A stretch of 32,000 nt of DNA. Origin: Clostridium culturomicium. GTDB taxonomy: Bacteria; Bacillota; Clostridia; Clostridiales; Clostridiaceae. The DNA is taken from NCBI RefSeq assembly GCF_000821305.1, contig NZ_CCXK01000015.1:463312-495311 (forward strand), written 5' to 3'. Within the stretch, counting starts at the first letter, position 1, and every line of letters starts with the position of its first letter. Below, in pieces: positions 10,168 through 17,169 of the stretch. The position numbers and the translations under genes are program-made. Under the pieces are notes generated by a model. The model saw only the letters and a program-made list of their open reading frames with translations, did no database searches and was not told where the DNA came from.

Positions 10168-10728
10168 TTATATTGATTTCTCTAATTTTTCACCAATATA
10201 TCTCCATGAAAGTTTAAGCATTATAACCTCAACTGGTATCATTATTAATGCTTTAATAATTCTAGTACTTGCTAATGCTATAAAACCCTTATTATACATG
10301 ATAACAAGCCATAATGTATTTAAAATAATATTAACTCCTACTGCTATTATTGTGTTTGCAATTATAAATCTAGTTGTAGTTTTTGGTTTTTTATAAAGGA
10401 CTAGTCCATATATAACACCAACCAGAGCAGCACTTAAAGTAAACCCAGGAAAAAATGCTGCTGTTGGAAATAACATTGCTCCTATTAAGTCCTCTATCCC
10501 TGCTACAAGTCCACCATATACTGGTCCAAATATCATTGCAGCTAAAGCTATTGGAATAAATGAGAATGTAAACTTTAAAAAAGGTAGCTGTATTGATAAG
10601 AATCTAGATAAAACATCAGTAATTGCTATAAACATAGCCATGTATACAACCTTTTTCACCACACTGACTTTCTTTATATCCATCTCATCTCTTGTGTCAT
10701 TATTTTGTAAATTTAATATAATACTCAT
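10168..10728 (-). CDS. ECF-transporter substrate-specific (S) component, folate-family (FolT-like)
   Basis: 186-aa polytopic membrane protein. Segments FGPVYGGLVAGIEDLIGAMLFP and FFPGFTLSAALVGVIYGLVL resemble FolT-type S components. No ECF A/T genes are adjacent. The ATG at 10728 abuts its SD (aaaggagATG), so the true start may be the internal Met (MDIKK..); the start is uncertain. Confidence 0.7.
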   Translation of the reverse strand: MSIILNLQNNDTRDEMDIKKVSVVKKVVYMAMFIAITDVLSRFLSIQLPFLKFTFSFIPIALAAMIFGPVYGGLVAGIEDLIGAMLFPTAAFFPGFTLSAALVGVIYGLVLYKKPKTTTRFIIANTIIAVGVNIILNTLWLVIMYNKGFIALASTRIIKALIMIPVEVIMLKLSWRYIGEKLEKSI

Positions 10729-10829
10729 CTCCTTTTAATCCCCAAGATCGAATATAATTCCATATAAAATATGTAATTAAAATGATTTTCATACTAATTA
10801 TAATTTATCCCCTTCATCTATTCAATGTT

Positions 10830-10958
10830 TTTCATTAAGTGAACATCCAAATCTTTGATTTAGCTAATGCGAACTTACTCCTTCGAATAAACATGAGAAG
10901 GAGTTTCCTTAAATATTCCTCCAAATCTTTAATTTGACTAACGTAAATTTATGCCTTC
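10830..10958. repeat. Two tandem ~55-nt hairpin-forming units (U2 10830-10884, U1 10904-10958), same family as 23188-23307
   Basis: Minus-strand reading of U1 is GAAGGCAUAAAUUUACGUUAGUCAAAUUAAAGAUUUGGAGGAAUAUUUAAGGAAA. U2 is GAAGGAGUAAGUUCGCAUUAGCUAAAUCAAAGAUUUGGAUGUUCACUUAAUGAAA. The two align without gaps. Each has an inner stem (CUAAAUC/GAUUUGG type) and an outer stem (UAAAU/AUUUA versus UAAGU/ACUUA). Confidence 0.75.
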
Positions 10959-11148
10959 CATAAATATTAATCAGAAATTTCCACATCAATGAAAAAACAT
11001 TGCTCATGAAGAATATATTAATTCAAATACATTCTAATCCATTTTATTGTAATATTTTGTTGTATTTCCATCTAAGTCGGAATATAATTTAGGTATTAAC
11101 GGTATTTATTATAATAAGATAACTATTTTTGAAAGGTTGGGTAGTTTT

Positions 11149-12579
11149 ATGGAAAATAACACTTTAAAAGTCCTTGGAACATTAGCTGCCGGTGCTGCCA
11201 TAGCTGCTTCTGTTCAAACTGTCGCACTAGCAGACCCAGGTGATAGCTCTACCCTGACATCTCGTTCTGCTACCACTGGTACTGTAACTGCAGATGTTCT
11301 AAATGTTAGAGCAAATCCTAATACTTCTAGCAGTATTATTGGAACTTTGAAACAAAATACAAAGGTATCTATAATCGAAATGAGTAGTGGCTGGTATAAA
11401 GTAAGCTATAATAATTCAACAGGCTGGATATCTAGCGATTACGTTAAACTTGATTCAGCTGGAGCTGTAACTTCTACTGGAACTGTTAATGCTGATGCTC
11501 TAAACGTTAGAGCTGGTGCTAGTACAAGTAATAAAATAATTGGTTCACTTTACAGCGGTGCTAAAGTAGAAATTCTTTCTACATCAAATGGATGGCATCA
11601 AATTAAATTTAATGGTGGGACAGGCTATGTAAGTGCTGATTACATCACTACTAGTTCTACATCAACTCCTACTCCTCCACCATCAGATTCTGGTTCCTCA
11701 AACAATGGTTCTACTGTAATAAATACAGGAACTGTAAATGCTGATGTACTAAATGTCCGTTCTGGTGCTAGTACAAGCAATAGCATTGTTGGTACTTTAA
11801 GATCTGGGGCAAAGGTGGAAATAACTGAAACTTCTAACGGTTGGCATAAAATTAAATATAATAATACATACGGCTACGTAAGTGCAGATTATATTAAAAT
11901 AAATTCTAGTTCAAATGAAACTCCTGCTCCTGACCAACCATCTCATGACGTAAATGGTAAGGTTGCTATTGTTACTGCAGATGCTTTAAATGTACGTTCA
12001 GGTGCTGGAACTAATTATTCTATAATATCAACTGCTAGATATGGAAGTAGACTTCCGATAATTTCTTATACTTCTGGATGGTATAAAGTACAGGTAGGTT
12101 CAACTACTGGATATGTAAGCGAAGGTTACGTAACTGTAGCTAATGAAGGTGATTCTACAAATCCTCTTGTAAGAGAAACACCTCTTGTTGAAAGCATATA
12201 TACCGGTGCTAACGTTGTTGCTGAAACTGAAAAATATCTAGGAGTTCCATACCTATGGGGTGGGTTTACTCCAGTTGGTTTTGATTGCTCTGGTTTAGTT
12301 CAGTATGTATATAAGCAATTGGGCATAACCCTTGAGAGAACAACTTACTATCAAGTACACCAAGGTAAAACTGTTAATAGAAACGATTTAAGGCCTGGTG
12401 ACTTAATATTCTTCACAACTAATGAGTCTGATCCTAATGATATTTCTCACGTTGGAATATATAAAGGCAATGATTTATTCATCCATGCACCAAAGCCTGG
12501 TGATGTTGTAAGAATTTCAAATCTTAACTCAGCATACTATAGTAACGCATACTATGTTGCCAAAAGAATAATTAAATAA
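11149..12579 (+). CDS. Secreted cell-wall hydrolase: signal peptide, four SH3b domains, C-terminal NlpC/P60 endopeptidase
   Basis: Signal-like N-terminus (LGTLAAGAAIAASVQTVALA). Four repeats of the type TVxADxLNVRxGxxTxxxIIGxLxxGxKVxIxxxxxGWxKIxxxGxxGYVSxDYI. Catalytic DCSGLVQYVY and HVGIY motifs are present. ATG 11149 is preferred over the track's TTG 11137 because the SD GAAAGG lies immediately upstream of the TTG. Confidence 0.92.
   Translation: MENNTLKVLGTLAAGAAIAASVQTVALADPGDSSTLTSRSATTGTVTADVLNVRANPNTSSSIIGTLKQNTKVSIIEMSSGWYKVSYNNSTGWISSDYVKLDSAGAVTSTGTVNADALNVRAGASTSNKIIGSLYSGAKVEILSTSNGWHQIKFNGGTGYVSADYITTSSTSTPTPPPSDSGSSNNGSTVINTGTVNADVLNVRSGASTSNSIVGTLRSGAKVEITETSNGWHKIKYNNTYGYVSADYIKINSSSNETPAPDQPSHDVNGKVAIVTADALNVRSGAGTNYSIISTARYGSRLPIISYTSGWYKVQVGSTTGYVSEGYVTVANEGDSTNPLVRETPLVESIYTGANVVAETEKYLGVPYLWGGFTPVGFDCSGLVQYVYKQLGITLERTTYYQVHQGKTVNRNDLRPGDLIFFTTNESDPNDISHVGIYKGNDLFIHAPKPGDVVRISNLNSAYYSNAYYVAKRIIK
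11476..11895 (+). repeat. Near-identical internal duplication (SH3b domains 2 and 3) inside the P60 gene
   Basis: Domain 2 (11476-11646) is TGTVNADALNVRAGASTSNKIIGSLYSGAKVEILSTSNGWHQIKFNGGTGYVSADYI. Domain 3 (11725-11895) is TGTVNADVLNVRSGASTSNSIVGTLRSGAKVEITETSNGWHKIKYNNTYGYVSADYI. The similarity is also visible at DNA level. Confidence 0.85.
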
Positions 12580-12600
12580 TATAGTATAAAAATCTTCTTA

Positions 12601-12629
12601 TTGAGAAAACTATAACTGTTATCTAGATT
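12601..12629 (+). promoter_or_regulatory. Candidate promoter of the cold-shock gene, implying a ~150-nt 5' UTR
   Basis: TTGAGA (12601-12606), 17-nt spacer, TAGATT (12624-12629). It overlaps a perfect 7-bp inverted repeat ttatcta-gat-tagataa (12619-12635). Confidence 0.3.
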
Positions 12630-12782
12630 AGATAATGGTCAAATATTTTGAAAGGAGATTCCGCTAATCCTTCGCTTTTGAAGGTTATAACCCTAGAGTA
12701 CGAGACCAACAGGAGTAGCATCGCAAAACTGAGTATGTTGAAGAGGGTAGCTAGTGTTTTTTTAGCTATAGCGGAGATTTAT

Positions 12783-12983
12783 ATGGAAGTAGGTACAGTT
12801 AAATGGTTTAATAGCGAGAAAGGGTTTGGATTTTTGTCTGTAGAAGGTCGTGAAGATGTATTTATACACTTCTCTGCCATTCAAGGTGATGGATACAAAA
12901 CTCTTGAAGAAGGACAAAAAGTTCAATTTGAAATAGTAGATGGTGACAGAGGTCCTCAAGCATCAAACGTTACAAAACTATAA
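12783..12983 (+). CDS. Cold-shock protein (CspA family, 66 aa)
   Basis: [34 protein letters not shown].. with RNP1 (KGFGF) and RNP2 (VFIHF). The internal ATG at 12783 with SD GGAG upstream gives the canonical length. The track's 111-aa extension from 12648 has no Csp counterpart. Confidence 0.93.
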   Translation: MEVGTVKWFNSEKGFGFLSVEGREDVFIHFSAIQGDGYKTLEEGQKVQFEIVDGDRGPQASNVTKL

Positions 12984-13002
12984 ATAGTATTATCTATCCA
13001 TT

Positions 13003-13041
13003 AAGGCAGAAATAAATTATAAAATTTATTTCTGCCTTTTA
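13003..13041 (+). terminator. Rho-independent terminator of the csp gene
   Basis: aaggcagaaataaatt-ataa-aatttatttctgcctt followed by tttt. Confidence 0.8.
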
Positions 13042-13125
13042 TTATTAAATAAACCCTTTTATTGAATATTTATAGAATAATATTAAATACTAATAATATT
13101 CTATTTCTAACAAAGGAGTTTTAAT

Positions 13126-13299
13126 ATGATTGGAAAAATTAAAGAAATACTGGAATCTAGTGTTACCATCGAATTTAAAGATGGCACAACAAAATCTGTT
13201 CCATTCTCAGTTTTGCCTAATGACATAACTATTGATAATCTTGTAAGCATAACAACCATTGAATCTACACCTAATGAAAAATATATAGACTACTTTTAA
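13126..13299 (+). CDS. Small hypothetical protein (57 aa), not in the supplied ORF track
   Basis: ATG 13126 is preceded by AAAGGAG (13112-13118) at 7-nt spacing. The open frame reads MIGKIKEILESSVTIEFKDGTTKSVPFSVLPNDITIDNLVSITTIESTPNEKYIDYF and stops at 13297-13299. The pattern loosely resembles DUF3006-type small beta-barrel proteins, which is unverified. Confidence 0.5.
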   Translation: MIGKIKEILESSVTIEFKDGTTKSVPFSVLPNDITIDNLVSITTIESTPNEKYIDYF

Positions 13300-13306
13300 C
13301 TCAACA

Positions 13307-13335
13307 TTGAAACTTTTATGTAAATATGTTAAAAT
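13307..13335 (+). promoter_or_regulatory. Sigma-A-type promoter driving the TPP riboswitch and thiT
   Basis: TTGAAA (13307-13312), 17-nt spacer, TAAAAT (13330-13335). Confidence 0.6.
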
Positions 13336-13353
13336 ATTGTTGAAGATAAAATA

Positions 13354-13440
13354 TAGTGCTAGGGGTGCCATAGGCTGAGAAATGAATTTTCATTAACCCT
13401 TTACCTGACCTAGATAATGCTAGCGTAGGGAAGCGATTAA
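13354..13440 (+). promoter_or_regulatory. TPP (THI-box) riboswitch aptamer
   Basis: Canonical conserved blocks CUAGGGGUGCC..GGCUGAGA..AACCCUUUACCUGACCUAGAUAAUGCUAGCGUAGGGAAGCG. It sits upstream of a thiamine transporter gene. Confidence 0.92.
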
Positions 13441-13467
13441 TAACCGCAAGTTAATACTTAGTTATTT

Positions 13468-13497
13468 AACCGTGTTCTTTATGAGCACGGTTTTTTT
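13468..13497 (+). terminator. Riboswitch expression-platform terminator (attenuator)
   Basis: aaccgtg-ttctttatga-gcacggtt followed by ttttttt, between the aptamer and the thiT SD. Confidence 0.8.
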
Positions 13498-13533
13498 ACT
13501 AGTCCTTAGCACAAATTTAAAGGAGGACTTCTC

Positions 13534-14196
13534 ATGAAATTTTTAAGTGGAATTTTAGAAAACATCCAAGGCATCATGTCCAGTTGGACAAGTATCGCAA
13601 CCTTAGTAGGTATACTAATTTTATATTGTGTATTTATTAAAGTAAAAAAAATCAATTTTTCATCAAGACTTATTAGTCACATAGCTCTAGCCGTAGCAAT
13701 GTCAGTAATCTTAAGCTTTATTAAGCTATTTCAACTTCCCTTTGGTGGTAGTGCTAACTTAGCTGCAATGCTTCCGATAATTTTAATTTCCTTAATCTAT
13801 GGACCGATAATTGGAATATTTACTGGCTTTGTTTATAGTGTACTAAACTTTGTCATAGGACCTGCTTATATACTGCATCCTATTCAAGTTTTATTTGACT
13901 ACACTCTTCCCTTCATGGCTATAGGACTTTCTGGCTTCTTCAAGAAGAATAAGTTTTTAGCAATTGGTGCTGGCTTCCTCGTAATGTTTATCTTTAACTA
14001 TATTGCTGGAGTTATTTTCTGGGGCAGCTATGCAGCTGATTATAATATGACACCGCTTATTTACTCTCTTGTGTACAATGGAAGCTATAACTTACTAAAC
14101 TGTGCTATTTGTATGGGAATATGCTCTGTAATTGATGTAAATAGATTAACTAAGCACTTAGTACCACCTAGAGCTGAAAAATCTATGAATACTTAA
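13534..14196 (+). CDS. thiT: Thiamine transporter ThiT (ECF S component)
   Basis: 220-aa polytopic membrane protein. ThiT-like segments are LPFGGSANLAAMLPIILISLIYGP and HPIQVLFDYTLPFMAIGLSGFF. It is directly controlled by the TPP riboswitch. SD AAAGGAGG precedes the ATG. Confidence 0.85.
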   Translation: MKFLSGILENIQGIMSSWTSIATLVGILILYCVFIKVKKINFSSRLISHIALAVAMSVILSFIKLFQLPFGGSANLAAMLPIILISLIYGPIIGIFTGFVYSVLNFVIGPAYILHPIQVLFDYTLPFMAIGLSGFFKKNKFLAIGAGFLVMFIFNYIAGVIFWGSYAADYNMTPLIYSLVYNGSYNLLNCAICMGICSVIDVNRLTKHLVPPRAEKSMNT

Positions 14197-14219
14197 TAAA
14201 AATTATATTAAATATAAAT

Positions 14220-14251
14220 AAGCCGCAAAGAATAACTTTCTCTGCGGCTTT
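14220..14251. terminator. Bidirectional terminator between thiT and the lipoprotein gene
   Basis: aagccgca-aagaataactttctc-tgcggctt followed by t. Confidence 0.7.
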
Positions 14252-14261
14252 GTATATTATG

Positions 14262-15065
14262 TTAAAACTCTTCTGGTTTAGTATCTGTAGCTTTTATACT
14301 CCACTGACCATCACTATATATACAATTTATATAATACTCTACACTAGTTCCATCTGTCTTATTTTCAAAGGTGACAACAGCTTTATACTTTTTACTTGTA
14401 AAACCTTTTGTTCTAACCTTTGCAATAACCTCAGCATCTGGATTATCTTCTTCACTATTAATATAACTAATTTCCTCTTTCTTTAGAAGCTTTTTAAAGT
14501 TCTCAATATCTGTAGAAATCTGGAATCTTGATATTTCTATATCATTTATTATATCAACACCAATTTTTTGTTTAGTCTTAGTATCATCTTTATACTGACT
14601 TAAACAATTTATTATTGAATTGTAGTACACACTTTCAAAATCAATTGGTTTTCTAATGTTAGTGAAGTTTCTAATGATATCAGTGTCTAATCTCTTAGAT
14701 ACAATATAATAACTATCTCCATCATATAAATTAGCTCCATCTGTTTTATCTAAGCCTGCAACATAATTAAATGTTTTAACTTCTGTTGGACTCTCATATA
14801 TCTCTAAAATATAATCTGGTTCTAGCTCTGATTTGGTTTCAACAACTGTAGAACTAGATAGTATTTCATATATATCATTAATAAGGTTTGTATCCGTAAC
14901 TGAAAACTTATATTTCTTATCTCTTGTACTTTGAATAGTTACCTGCATAATATTTCTTTGCTTCATATACTCAAAATCCTCATTACCACCTACACTACAG
15001 GCAGAAAGAATCATCATAGCTGACATTAACATTATTATAGCTAAAGATTTCCTAAATTTCCTCAC
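14262..15065 (-). CDS. Putative lipoprotein of unknown function
   Basis: A GTG at 15065 lies 6 nt after GGAGG. This gives (M)RKFRKSLAIIMLMSAMMILSAC with lipobox L-S-A-C. The track's upstream extension to 15167 lacks an SD and would run over the predicted promoter. The mature part has no motif I recognise. Confidence 0.7.
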   Translation of the reverse strand: MRKFRKSLAIIMLMSAMMILSACSVGGNEDFEYMKQRNIMQVTIQSTRDKKYKFSVTDTNLINDIYEILSSSTVVETKSELEPDYILEIYESPTEVKTFNYVAGLDKTDGANLYDGDSYYIVSKRLDTDIIRNFTNIRKPIDFESVYYNSIINCLSQYKDDTKTKQKIGVDIINDIEISRFQISTDIENFKKLLKKEEISYINSEEDNPDAEVIAKVRTKGFTSKKYKAVVTFENKTDGTSVEYYINCIYSDGQWSIKATDTKPEEF

Positions 15066-15119
15066 AACTTTCCTCCATCTTGAAAACACCCTCAAGCATT
15101 TCTCAGTTTTCTTATGTTT

Positions 15120-15148
15120 ATTATAATATTTGTTCCCAATGAAAGCAA
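15120..15148 (-). promoter_or_regulatory. Candidate sigma-A promoter for the lipoprotein gene
   Basis: Minus strand TTGCTT (15148-15143), 17-nt spacer, TATAAT (15125-15120). Confidence 0.5.
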
Positions 15149-15156
15149 ATGTAACA

Positions 15157-15738
15157 CTAATTATCAAAAGAAAAAGTCTTTACTATGTTTTCAAATACTA
15201 CATTAGTATTTTCTCTGGATTTTTCATCACTAATAATAAAGGTTACCTTAACCATATTGTCTTCATAAGGCACATAATATTCATATGCATGCTTAACACT
15301 ATTATTAGTAAACTTTATATCATACTCTACAGTTTCAACATTCATTTTATTAATTCTTAATGTATCCCTGTCATATTTATTTATTCCCATGTCTTTAATC
15401 CCTGCAAGGCATTGTTCCATTGCTTCTTCAACACCATTGGTTCCACTCACAACCTCTATTGAACCATAAATATTTGTATCTTCTGACATAAATTCATTTT
15501 TATAGACTTCACTGCTGTTTATGCTTACTTTTTCTGCGCATATCCAATCTATAGGAAGCTTGTATTTTATTTCCCCCTCTAAAACTTCATAATCTTTAAA
15601 GCTAACCATATTATTTTGAGTCAAAGTTGCCACCTTTAAGCTTTCCTCAAAATGTTTTCCGAATCCTATAATCACTATCATTAATCCTACTAGAATCAAA
15701 GCTAGTCCTATTTTTTTTCCCCCATTATCTACGTACAT
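15157..15738 (-). CDS. Membrane-anchored hypothetical protein (single N-terminal TM helix plus extracytoplasmic domain)
   Basis: 193 aa. The N-terminus KKIGLALILVGLMIVIIGFG forms a TM anchor. The remainder is a mixed alpha/beta-looking domain with no recognisable motif. SD AAGGAGGGGG lies upstream. Confidence 0.7.
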   Translation of the reverse strand: MYVDNGGKKIGLALILVGLMIVIIGFGKHFEESLKVATLTQNNMVSFKDYEVLEGEIKYKLPIDWICAEKVSINSSEVYKNEFMSEDTNIYGSIEVVSGTNGVEEAMEQCLAGIKDMGINKYDRDTLRINKMNVETVEYDIKFTNNSVKHAYEYYVPYEDNMVKVTFIISDEKSRENTNVVFENIVKTFSFDN

Positions 15739-15780
15739 CCTTTGTCCCCCTCCTTTTACTATATATTATGTACTACATTC

Positions 15781-15818
15781 AAAAAATAGAATAAACTCCC
15801 TTAAAAATAGGAGTTTAC
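15781..15818 (-). terminator. Rho-independent terminator after the 407-aa gene
   Basis: Minus strand GUAAACUCC-UAUUUUUAA-GGGAGUUUAU followed by UCUAUUUUUU. Confidence 0.7.
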
Positions 15819-15842
15819 TCTGCTTATATACATACCATATAC

Positions 15843-17066
15843 TTATTTTGATGTTTTCACAGGTACAACCACTGAATTTTTCTTTACATCATAGTACATC
15901 AACCAATGACCTTTTTCACTATTTTCAGGATCACTCATAAATGTTACAAATCCAGTCTTACCTTCATATGGCTGATCTATTAACGCTCTTGTCCCAGGTA
16001 TTGCATAAATTATATATTTAAGCACACCCTCATCATCACACTTATATCCAATCATAAAATGTTTATACTTTGCTATATATGGGTAGTAACAAATCATTGG
16101 ATAAAATATAACTGAATACTTGTTATAATCATTTTCACAATACATTGCATCTAAATTTTCCACATGTGCCTTATACCATGTGCAATTTTTAATGCTATCC
16201 TTTCTTCCAACCTTCTCTAGTCCCCTTATAACATTCTTAAAGAATTCTCCCATTGGCCCAACTGGATATTCATCCTTATCATTATGGTCATGATGTTCAT
16301 GTTCGTCATCACATTGCCTTGAATTGTGCTTTTTTCTATACTCTTTTAATCTTTCAATTTGCTCTTCATACTCATCAAAGTCTTGAGCTGCACCTTCTAC
16401 TATTGGTTCATCTTCTACGTTGCTTGTTTCTTCAATTTTAGCAACCTCATTTGAATCTTCATCTTCTGGTTCCTTTCTATAGCGGCTATCTTCTATTGTA
16501 TCTTTTTTCTTTTCTTCAACTACTGTAGCTTCCTTCTTAACTTCTTTTTCAGATATTTCTTCTGAAGGCACTTCAATAATTGTAGTTGTTTTTGTTGTTT
16601 TCATAGTTGTTGTTTTTGTAACTTTTGCGCCACTCTTTGCAATAGGATATGTAGCCCAATTCTTTAACTCCTCACCACAAATGAAACCAACCATTACAGG
16701 ATTGATTCTGGTTCCATTAATTTTACAGATTCCAGCTCCTTGAACTTTGTCCATGCTAATATTAGTATTTGCAATATTGCTAGCCTCATGCTCACTGCTA
16801 ACATCAGCTTTTCCACCTTCATCTATATTAATCTGTCCAAGATTTATAAGTTCTCTAGTGCCACCAATCCCTTGGGCTATCAAAACCATATAGTATGGTC
16901 CATTTTGCTTTTTAATATCTTGAACATAAAAAGACGTCTTAGCCCTATCATTTCTCATTTCAAGCTTTGCATAGCCTGATGGGGTTTTATTTATATCCAC
17001 TCCATACCCCTTTTGATCTTCTTGCAATATGATAAAAAATCTATTATAGCTTTTTTTAGACGGCAT
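15843..17066 (-). CDS. Uncharacterised bipartite protein with an acidic, His-rich central linker
   Basis: 407 aa. SD GGAGG lies 7 nt upstream of the ATG. An N-terminal ~150-aa domain is followed by T/K/E-rich and D/E-rich low-complexity regions (TTMKTTKTTT, EEKKKDTIEDSRYRKEPEDEDSNE) and a His cluster (DDEHEHHDHNDKDE). The C-terminal ~130-aa domain is rich in Tyr and Cys (YPMICYYPYIAKYKHFMIGYKCDDEG..HWLMYYD). No family recognised. Confidence 0.75.
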   Translation of the reverse strand: MPSKKSYNRFFIILQEDQKGYGVDINKTPSGYAKLEMRNDRAKTSFYVQDIKKQNGPYYMVLIAQGIGGTRELINLGQINIDEGGKADVSSEHEASNIANTNISMDKVQGAGICKINGTRINPVMVGFICGEELKNWATYPIAKSGAKVTKTTTMKTTKTTTIIEVPSEEISEKEVKKEATVVEEKKKDTIEDSRYRKEPEDEDSNEVAKIEETSNVEDEPIVEGAAQDFDEYEEQIERLKEYRKKHNSRQCDDEHEHHDHNDKDEYPVGPMGEFFKNVIRGLEKVGRKDSIKNCTWYKAHVENLDAMYCENDYNKYSVIFYPMICYYPYIAKYKHFMIGYKCDDEGVLKYIIYAIPGTRALIDQPYEGKTGFVTFMSDPENSEKGHWLMYYDVKKNSVVVPVKTSK

Positions 17067-17120
17067 ACTATTACCTCCATTTTTATTTATACAATATATA
17101 TATGAGGCATATAAATAAAA

Positions 17121-17160
17121 AATGATAAAAAACTCCTTTTACAATAGTAAAAGGAGTTTT
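17121..17160 (-). terminator. Rho-independent terminator after rsmA
   Basis: aaaactcctttta-caatag-taaaaggagtttt, with a U-rich tail on the minus strand. Confidence 0.75.
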
Positions 17161-17169
17161 AATAAAAAT

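Noticed and set aside
10830-10900. Possible THF-I riboswitch upstream of the FolT-like gene. The minus strand reads GGAGUAAGUUCGCAUUAG...UUUGGAUGU, which superficially resembles the GAGUAG..CGCGUUAAG..GGGAUG blocks of THF aptamers.
   Set aside because: The 3' half of the aptamer is absent: no ACGAAG junction, no P2/P1 return strands, no GCAUCCGCU pseudoknot partner. The GGAUG lies inside a simple hairpin stem. The paralogous unit at 23219-23270 does not conserve the ligand-contact-like nucleotides (CCUAUAAC, GGACA). A cmsearch with RF01831 would settle it.
10893-10937. Mini-ORFs inside the repeat family sharing an MRRSF start: plus strand 10893.. gives MRRSFLKYSSKSLI, and the minus strand near 23203 gives (MN)MRRSFNFKF.
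   Set aside because: No SD lies upstream of either ATG. The shared residues are explained by the conserved GAGRAGGAG nucleotide block of the repeat. Lengths and C-termini are not conserved.
12648-12782. N-terminal extension of the cold-shock ORF (111 aa in the ORF track).
   Set aside because: Canonical Csp proteins are about 65-70 aa. The internal ATG at 12783 has its own SD and yields a complete CspA-type domain. The upstream part is better explained as the long structured 5' UTR typical of csp genes.
14250-15360. ORFs 14250..14486 (+) and 15130..15360 (+), opposite the lipoprotein and TM-anchored genes, and the track's long N-terminal extension of the lipoprotein ORF (15066..15167).
   Set aside because: The plus-strand ORFs are I/F/L/Y-rich shadow frames without an SD. 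The extension precedes a GGAGG-GTG start that yields a textbook lipoprotein signal peptide, and it overlaps the predicted TTGCTT-17-TATAAT promoter.
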